Positions 57,908 to 64,000 of a stretch of 64,000 nt of DNA are shown in pieces (position 1 is the stretch's first letter; each line of letters begins with the position of its first letter). Source of the stretch: a virus; IMG/VR virus record IMGVR_UViG_3300035204_002571, positions 17,921 through 81,920 of that record. One strand, given 5' to 3'. Below the pieces are notes generated by a model, which worked only from the letters and a program-made list of their open reading frames with translations, searched no databases and was not told the DNA's origin. A program made the translations under genes and the position numbers.

Positions 57908-58560
57908 CGAGTAAGGCAGTGGGCGTTTATAGAGTAACTGAAGAATTTGAAGAAGAGCTTTGCAGATACACAGGGGCTTCTTATGCTGTTGCTGTTGATA
58001 ATTGTAGCAACGCTTTATTTCTTGCGTTAAAATACGAAAAGGTTGGAGGAACTGAGATAAGCATACCCTGCAGAACATATCCATCTGTACCTTGTGAAAT
58101 TATACATGCTGGGGCAAAGGTTGCTTTTGAAAAAGTGGAGGGCACTACAATTTCTGGAGCATATCAGCTTAAACCCTCATGTGTTTGGGATTCGGCATTA
58201 AGATTTACTCACAATATGTATATGCCGGGAACCCATATGTGTGTTTCTTTTACGGGTCCATTTAAACACTTTAGACTAAGCAAGGGAGGGGCGATATTGA
58301 CTGATAATAAAGATGCATATGAATGGTTCAAAAGAGCTAGATGCTCTGGAAGAAGGCCATGCCCATATCATGAAGATGATTTAGATATGCTTGGATGGAA
58401 CTTTTATATGATGCCTGAGCTGGCAGCACGAGGCCTTCTTCTTATTAGGCAGTTTTATACTCAGATAGGCAATGAGCCCATACATCATGAGGATGCAACT
58501 ATGTCATATCCAGATTTATCACAATTTAAAATATATAAACAAACAAAGGAAACTTTATGA
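57904..58560 (+). CDS. DegT/DnrJ/EryC1/StrS-family PLP sugar aminotransferase, short form (~218 aa)
   Basis: FEEELCRYTGASYAVAVDNCSNALFLAL, WDSA, SFTGPFKH..GGAILTD, GWNFYM. Start ATG 57904 (ATGA overlap). Confidence 0.85.
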   Translation: MTSKAVGVYRVTEEFEEELCRYTGASYAVAVDNCSNALFLALKYEKVGGTEISIPCRTYPSVPCEIIHAGAKVAFEKVEGTTISGAYQLKPSCVWDSALRFTHNMYMPGTHMCVSFTGPFKHFRLSKGGAILTDNKDAYEWFKRARCSGRRPCPYHEDDLDMLGWNFYMMPELAARGLLLIRQFYTQIGNEPIHHEDATMSYPDLSQFKIYKQTKETL

Positions 58561-59231
58561 AAAATCAGTTAAAAAAAGATGTTTCATCAGAGAAGGTTTT
58601 TGGTATTGGGATTCACAAGACAGGCACAACTACCCTGAGGGATATGTTAAAATTATTGGGTTATAAGATGTGTCCGCAAGTTAAGGCTTATAGGAAGGTA
58701 GAAAATTGGATTGATAAAGATTATTCTACTATAATAGAGTTTGCCAAACCTTATGAGGCCTTTCAGGACTCACCTTGGTGTTTTCCTAAGTTTTATGAAA
58801 AATTAGATAATGCTTTTATAAATTCAAAATTTATATTAACCATAAGAGATTCTTATGACTGGCTGGAGTCATATAGGGGGCAGCTTGATAAATTAGACTA
58901 TATGAATTCTGGCCGAAAAGAATGGCTGGTTTTTGGCAAGTATACTGCGAAAGATCTCAATAAAATTATATATAACTGTCTTCCAACGAATCAGAAGAGT
59001 TTTTTAAAAAATAAAGATAAATTTTTAAAGGTATATAATAAACATAATAAAGATGTTGTTTCTTATTTTAAAAATAAATATAGAAAAGATTATAATAAAA
59101 AACTTTTAGTTGTAAATTGGGCATCAGGCGATGGGTGGGCTGAGATTTTGGGGTTTGTACAAAAAAGAAAAGATGACATTTATCATAACTCTCCAATGAT
59201 TTGGTCACAAAAGAGAAAGGAGCGGAAATGA
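58557..59231 (+). CDS. Sulfotransferase family protein
   Basis: KVFGIGIHKTGTTTL, FQDSPW, SKFILTIRD...WLES, DGWAEILGF. Confidence 0.85.
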   Translation: MKNQLKKDVSSEKVFGIGIHKTGTTTLRDMLKLLGYKMCPQVKAYRKVENWIDKDYSTIIEFAKPYEAFQDSPWCFPKFYEKLDNAFINSKFILTIRDSYDWLESYRGQLDKLDYMNSGRKEWLVFGKYTAKDLNKIIYNCLPTNQKSFLKNKDKFLKVYNKHNKDVVSYFKNKYRKDYNKKLLVVNWASGDGWAEILGFVQKRKDDIYHNSPMIWSQKRKERK

Positions 59232-59956
59232 AAGGCATAATATTAGCGGGAGGCCTGGGGACTAGGTTAGCACCCCTGACGAGAAATGATAATAAACATC
59301 TTTTACCAGTATATAACAAAAGAATGATTGAATATCCTATAAAAACTTTGGTTGATGCTGGGATTAAAGATATTATCTTGGTAACTGGAGGAAAAAGGCC
59401 TGGAGCTTTTTTGGAGCTTTTAAAAAATGGAAAAGATTATAACGCAAACAGAATTTATTATACATACCAAGATGGAAATGGAGGTATTTCAGATGCTTTA
59501 AAGCTGGCAGAGCCATTTTTAGAGCCAGGAGAATCATGCATTGTTATTTTGGGTGATAATTATTTTGAAGATAATATTGCAAAGAATATTGAGGAGTGGA
59601 ATGGGTCTGGAGCTTCTGTGTTTTTAAAGCATGTTGAAGACACTTCAGGCTTCGGCATTGCCGAGATACAGGGCAATAAGATAGTTTCGATAGAGGAAAA
59701 GCCTGTAAAGCCAAAATCTAATCTTGCAATACTTGGACTTTATATGTTTGATCATAATGTTTGGAGGTATATAAAGCAAATTAAACCTTCTATTAGAGCC
59801 GAGTTAGAAATAACAGATGTTTTAAAAATTTATATGAAAGATAATAATCTCAGCTATACTTTTTATAATAAATTTTGGTCAGATATGGGAATTTTTCAGA
59901 CATGGGTAGACGTGTCAATTCGAATGGCAAAAAAAGATATAAAGGAGAGACAGTGA
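59228..59956 (+). CDS. rmlA: Glucose-1-phosphate thymidylyltransferase (RmlA/SpsI-like)
   Basis: MKGIILAGGLGTRLAPLT...KHLLPVYNK, LGDN, EEKP, RAELEITD, WSDMG. Start ATG 59228 with AAGGAG. Confidence 0.88.
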   Translation: MKGIILAGGLGTRLAPLTRNDNKHLLPVYNKRMIEYPIKTLVDAGIKDIILVTGGKRPGAFLELLKNGKDYNANRIYYTYQDGNGGISDALKLAEPFLEPGESCIVILGDNYFEDNIAKNIEEWNGSGASVFLKHVEDTSGFGIAEIQGNKIVSIEEKPVKPKSNLAILGLYMFDHNVWRYIKQIKPSIRAELEITDVLKIYMKDNNLSYTFYNKFWSDMGIFQTWVDVSIRMAKKDIKERQ

Positions 59957-60918
59957 AGATTCTGGTGACAGGACATTGCGGTTTTATTGGACAAAATTTT
60001 GTCAGAATGTTCAAAGAAGAACATGACATAGTGGGCGTTGATAAATTGGGGTATGCTTCAGATTCGTCTGCTTTTAATCTGTGCCCTTCTTACAAGGATG
60101 ATATATCAAGTCCAGATTTTATTGATAAATTTAAGCAGATAAATAAGAACGGCTCTTTTGATGCCATTGTTAACTTCGCCGCAGAAAGCCATGTAGATAA
60201 TAGCATTAATTCCCCAGGCCCATTTATGTATAGTAATTTTATTGGAACATATAATATGCTGGAAATCGTTAGAAGATATAATATTAAAAGATTTTTACAG
60301 ATTGGAACAGATGAGGTTTATGGGGATTTGAATGCAGATGATCCACCATTTGCAAATTTATATGAGATGAAACCCAGCTCTCCATATTCTGCGTCTAAAG
60401 CTGCGGCCGATCTTCTTGTTTTGTCATATTGTAGAACTTATAATATAAATGGAGTAGTTACTCGTTCTTGTAATAATTATGGTCCATATCAATACAGGGA
60501 AAAATTAATTCCCGTTATTATAACAAATTTATTGAATAATAAAAAAATTCCTATATATGGAACAGGACGAAATATAAGAGAATGGATTCATGTTCGTGAT
60601 AATTGCGAAGGCATCATGGCAGCTTTAAAGTTTGGAGAATCAGGTGGGATATATCATATGGGTAGTGGGGTAGAATTGACAAATTTAGATATAGCAAGAC
60701 AAATATTGTCTATTATGGATAAGCCAGAAACCTTAATATCAATGGTAGAGGATCGCCCGGGCCATGACTTTAGGTATTCATTGGATTCAAAAGAAACACA
60801 TTCTAAGCTAAAGTGGAAGCCAAAAATAATGCTTCAAGATGGGTTGAGAGAAACTGTTGAATATTATAAAATAAAGCTGTCTAAAGATGGGGATAAAAAT
60901 GAAAAATCCATATTCTGA
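59953..60918 (+). CDS. rmlB: dTDP-glucose 4,6-dehydratase
   Basis: GTG start at 59953 with AGGAG. VTGHCGFIG, FAAESHVDNS, TDEVYG, PSSPYSASKA, NNYGPYQ..EKLIP, DRPGHDFRY. Confidence 0.92.
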   Translation: MKILVTGHCGFIGQNFVRMFKEEHDIVGVDKLGYASDSSAFNLCPSYKDDISSPDFIDKFKQINKNGSFDAIVNFAAESHVDNSINSPGPFMYSNFIGTYNMLEIVRRYNIKRFLQIGTDEVYGDLNADDPPFANLYEMKPSSPYSASKAAADLLVLSYCRTYNINGVVTRSCNNYGPYQYREKLIPVIITNLLNNKKIPIYGTGRNIREWIHVRDNCEGIMAALKFGESGGIYHMGSGVELTNLDIARQILSIMDKPETLISMVEDRPGHDFRYSLDSKETHSKLKWKPKIMLQDGLRETVEYYKIKLSKDGDKNEKSIF

Positions 60919-61963
60919 ATTGCCAGAAAAAAGCTTTTGGAAGCTAGCTATTGCTCAAAAACATATTTTTGATGTGGAGTCACTTTGGGTTCCAAAGTTT
61001 GATATTAAACCTGAAGATAAAGTAGTGACTTATGGTTCTTGCTTTGCACAGCATATAGGAAGAGCCTTGAGGAGTAGGGGCTTTGATTGGTTTATTGCAG
61101 AGAAGTCTATTCCTGGATTAAGTCAAGAAAATATTAAAAAATATAACTATAATCTTTTTTCGTCACGAACAGGAAATATTTATACTACAACTTTATTGCA
61201 GCAATGGGTTAATTGGGCGTTAGAAATTAATGAGATCCCATCAGAAGTGTGGGAAGATAATGGTCGTTTTTATGACCCCTTCCGCCCGACAGTCGAGCCA
61301 AATGGCTTTTCCTCCAAAGAAGAGTTGATTGAGTCGCGCAATTGGACAGTAGAGTGCTTTAAGGAATCAATTGTTAATGCTGACTTTTTTGTATTTACAC
61401 TTGGCTTAACTGAGCGTTGGATTAATTCCAACCTTTCTTATGAGTATCCGATGTGTCCTGGTACGGCGGCCGGTGTATTCAATGATGAGGTGCATTCTTT
61501 TGATAATTTACAATTTTCACAAGCAATTCGAGCTTTGGCTTATTCGCTTAGGAAGATGCGAAAAATAAATCCTAAATTGAAGTTTCTTCTTACAGTCTCT
61601 CCAGTGCCGCTCACTGCAACAAAATCAGATGATCATGTATTAGTTGCAACGATGGCGTCCAAATCTATATTAAGGTCCATTGCTGGTCAGTTAGCGTGTA
61701 ATAAAAATTATGTTGATTATGTCCCATCTTATGAGATTATTAACAGCCCTTCTTTTGGAGGCATGTTTTTTGAGCCCAACAAAAGAAGCGTGAGCAAGTC
61801 AGGTGTGAGTTTTGTTATGGACATGTTTTTTAACTCGCTTCATAATAAATTTGGCCCCAAAGTTGAGGCGGCACATATTGACGAATCAGATGAAGATATG
61901 GATGAAAATATGGATGAAGCAATCTGTGAAGAAGAGCTGCTTGAGGCTTTTGCGAAAAAATGA
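60899..61963 (+). CDS. GSCFA-domain protein (SGNH-like)
   Basis: TYGSCFAQHIG, FVFTLGLTE.W, LLTVSPVPL.AT, SKSILR, YVPSYEI. Confidence 0.9.
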   Translation: MKNPYSELPEKSFWKLAIAQKHIFDVESLWVPKFDIKPEDKVVTYGSCFAQHIGRALRSRGFDWFIAEKSIPGLSQENIKKYNYNLFSSRTGNIYTTTLLQQWVNWALEINEIPSEVWEDNGRFYDPFRPTVEPNGFSSKEELIESRNWTVECFKESIVNADFFVFTLGLTERWINSNLSYEYPMCPGTAAGVFNDEVHSFDNLQFSQAIRALAYSLRKMRKINPKLKFLLTVSPVPLTATKSDDHVLVATMASKSILRSIAGQLACNKNYVDYVPSYEIINSPSFGGMFFEPNKRSVSKSGVSFVMDMFFNSLHNKFGPKVEAAHIDESDEDMDENMDEAICEEELLEAFAKK

Positions 61964-62682
61964 AAATATGTGTTTTAGGAAATAGTCATGTAGGAGAGAT
62001 TAAGCACGCTTGGGATATATTGTCACCTTGCCATAAAGACATTAGCTTTACTTTTTTTGCAAGCAGAGCGAGTGGTCTAAAGGAGGCCGTTCTTCGTGGA
62101 AAGGAATTGGTTGCTGCATCTGAGAAGTTAAAAGGTGATTTTAAGTTCACTTCTGGTGGCAAAAAAACTGTTAAGCTTAATGAGTATGATATTTTTTTAA
62201 TTTATGGTTTCGGAATTGACGCTTATTGCCCACCTATAGGAGTATATTCTTCTGATTGTTTGGCTTCCGCAATAAAAGATCATTATAAAAAGAGTAAAGG
62301 CTTTAGGCTTGCAGAGCTTATTAGGTCGGCTGTTGATACTAAGATTTTGATCGCACACGTTCCGCTTCCATCAGGCAAAGAGTCAAAGTTCAACAAAAAT
62401 ACGTCAGTCAGTAATGAGGTAGATAATTACGCACGAATGATATCGACCGCAAATAATATATTGTTTAAACCATTGAATATGGAAATCCTTGAACAGTCAC
62501 CTCTTACCAGGGTTAATAATGGATATGTAACGCGGTCAATTTACTCCAAGGGGTCCAGGAGTCTTTCTGTTGGCGATAAAATGGATGATGCGTTACACCC
62601 TAAGGGAGAAAATAAGCACATGAATATTGATTTTGCCGTTATCTTTCTCAATAATATGTTAAATAAGTTGAAGAGCTTTTAA
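61960..62682 (+). CDS. SGNH-like hypothetical protein (possible O-acyl transferase/esterase)
   Basis: N-terminal ICVLGNSH and C-terminal ENKHMN..F. Confidence 0.5.
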   Translation: MKICVLGNSHVGEIKHAWDILSPCHKDISFTFFASRASGLKEAVLRGKELVAASEKLKGDFKFTSGGKKTVKLNEYDIFLIYGFGIDAYCPPIGVYSSDCLASAIKDHYKKSKGFRLAELIRSAVDTKILIAHVPLPSGKESKFNKNTSVSNEVDNYARMISTANNILFKPLNMEILEQSPLTRVNNGYVTRSIYSKGSRSLSVGDKMDDALHPKGENKHMNIDFAVIFLNNMLNKLKSF

Positions 62683-62699
62683 TAATTCGTATAATGATG
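62679..62699 (+). promoter_or_regulatory. Putative promoter motif TTAATAAT-N3-TATAATGATG (copy 2)
   Basis: Overlaps the upstream stop, 16 nt before ATG 62716. Matches 48872-48892. Confidence 0.55.
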
Positions 62700-62715
62700 G
62701 TAAGCGGTTAATAAT

Positions 62716-63510
62716 ATGAATGATTATAAAATAGCACAAATAGGGAACGGCTTTGTAGGCAACGCTTTAAATAGATCCTTCAAAAAAAATGGAGTAGATA
62801 CAGTTGTTTATGACAAATTTCAAAATATAGGAAAGCTTGAAGATGTTTTAGATTCAAGCATAGTCTTTCTATGCCTTCCTACGCCTTATGTTGAGGGCGA
62901 GGGCTTTGATCTAAGTGCTATAAAAGAAAATTTTGAAAAATTAAGAAAATTAAAATATAAAGGTTTATGTGTAATTAAGTCCACGGTTGAACCAGGCGTG
63001 TCAAGAAGCCTTTCTAAAAAATATAATTTAAACGTTGCGCATAATCCAGAGTTTCTGACCGAAAGAACTGCTTTTGAAGATTTCGACAGTCAGGAGCATA
63101 TCGTTTTGGGCAAAACTTCAGAATCAGAACTTTTTAATTGTTTGATTCTTTTATACAAAAATCTTTATCCAAATGCGTTTATCTCTATTTGTACTTCGGA
63201 CGAGTCGGAGGCTATGAAGTTATTTGCTAATTCTTTTTATGCACAAAAGGTAATGATATTTAATGAGTTTTATTTATTATGCAATGCAATTGGGCTAGAT
63301 TTTGAAGCGGTTAAGCTTTTGATGTTAAAGAATAATTGGATTGCACCCCACCATATGACGGTTCCAGGTCCAGACGGAAAGATGGCCTACGGTGGGCATT
63401 GCTTTCCAAAGGATACAAATGCATTAAATACATTTATGGAAAAGAATAATACAAGATGTGAAGTCATAAATGCTGTGATAAAAGAACGAAATAAAATGAG
63501 AGAGGATTAA
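62716..63510 (+). CDS. UDP-glucose/GDP-mannose dehydrogenase family, short form lacking C-terminal domain
   Basis: IGNGFVG, LCLPTP, IKSTVEPG, HNPEFLTE, KLFANSF, YGGHCFPKD (catalytic Cys). 264 aa. Confidence 0.88.
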   Translation: MNDYKIAQIGNGFVGNALNRSFKKNGVDTVVYDKFQNIGKLEDVLDSSIVFLCLPTPYVEGEGFDLSAIKENFEKLRKLKYKGLCVIKSTVEPGVSRSLSKKYNLNVAHNPEFLTERTAFEDFDSQEHIVLGKTSESELFNCLILLYKNLYPNAFISICTSDESEAMKLFANSFYAQKVMIFNEFYLLCNAIGLDFEAVKLLMLKNNWIAPHHMTVPGPDGKMAYGGHCFPKDTNALNTFMEKNNTRCEVINAVIKERNKMRED

Positions 63511-63513
63511 ACT

Positions 63514-64000
63514 ATGGTTACAGCTATAGTCACAGGATCGGCAGGCTTTATCGGAGGACACTTAACAGAAGCTCTGTTAAAGGCTGGAAATAGAGTAATA
63601 GGCATAGATGATATGCGCTCTGGCCTTGAGTCCACAATGGAATTGCATATTTCTTATGAAAATTTTATTCCAAAATATTATGATATAAGGTCTGAAAAAA
63701 TTGATGGTGTATTTAGAGAGTTTTCTCCTAATGTAGTTTTTCATTTAGCAGCGATTCCAGGGGTGACTCCTTCGGTTAAGGAGCCTTTTATTTCTAATGA
63801 TGTAAATGTTGGAGGAACATTGAATCTTCTTAATTCTGCAAGAAAATATAATGTTGATAGATTTATCTTCTCTTCATCATCTTCGGTCTATGGAGGCACA
63901 GACAAGTTGCCTACGAAAGAAGATTGTTTGTTGAATCCAAAATCTCCGTATGCTTTGCAGAAAAAAATAGGAGAAGAATATTGCAAGATGTTTTCAGACT
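63514..64000 (+). CDS. NAD-dependent epimerase/dehydratase (extended SDR), 3'-truncated by window edge
   Basis: Not in the ORF track. Manual translation: MVTAIVTGSAGFIGGHL...FHLAAIPGV..S...NVGGTLNLL...FSSSSSVYG...PKSPYALQKK (YxxxK). Confidence 0.9.
   Translation, partial: MVTAIVTGSAGFIGGHLTEALLKAGNRVIGIDDMRSGLESTMELHISYENFIPKYYDIRSEKIDGVFREFSPNVVFHLAAIPGVTPSVKEPFISNDVNVGGTLNLLNSARKYNVDRFIFSSSSSVYGGTDKLPTKEDCLLNPKSPYALQKKIGEEYCKMFSD

Noticed and set aside
471-59319. Numerous minus-strand ORFs (60-160 aa) and short alternative-frame plus ORFs in the track
   Set aside because: All overlap long, motif-bearing + strand genes, have no recognisable motifs, and look like antisense/shadow frames.
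1-64000. Stop-codon reassignment as seen in some jumbo phages
   Set aside because: Genes up to 10 kb are intact in code 11, and TAG, TGA and TAA all terminate genes at sensible, often coupled, boundaries.
38407-64000. Ordinary bacterial O-antigen/capsule locus next to a prophage
   Set aside because: Disfavoured, not excluded: no export/polymerase/priming genes, no att or integrase at the junction, truncated viral-style enzymes and GT29s. The cluster continues beyond the window.
1-64000. tRNA/rRNA genes and intrinsic terminators
   Set aside because: Intergenic gaps are at most ~110 bp, and none shows a tRNA cloverleaf with T-loop or a GC hairpin followed by a U-tract.

Overview
All credible genes lie on the + strand, are tightly packed and read through in standard code 11. 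The window looks like part of a very large contractile-tailed (myovirus-like, jumbo) bacteriophage genome, in two blocks. Block 1 (<1-38366) is a tail/baseplate module in canonical order: tape-measure C-terminus, tube-initiator-like protein, hub, spike, two unassigned large proteins, gp25-like, baseplate J-like, a 3315-aa gpI/gp7-like wedge protein with LamG domains, and a ~1520-aa fibre-attachment-like protein with a dockerin-like duplicated Ca-loop. These proteins are hugely enlarged and very acidic, and several carry clustered DGY motifs. Block 2 (38407->64000) starts 40 bp later and is a >25 kb, largely translationally coupled glycan cluster. It has about nine GT-B glycosyltransferases, two soluble GT29 sialyltransferase-type paralogues, KdsA, a HAD/aldolase fusion, a CMP-ulosonate synthetase, sulfotransferases, methyltransferases, GNAT, WbqC, DegT, RmlA/RmlB-like, GSCFA/SGNH, UDP-sugar dehydrogenase and a partial epimerase. 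No flippase, polymerase, ABC exporter or priming GT is visible. Best candidate novel system (inference): a phage-encoded cytoplasmic pathway that builds an ulosonic-acid (Kdo-like)-containing, sulfated/methylated/acylated glycan, probably on the virion. All assignments come from motif recognition by eye; no database searches were run.
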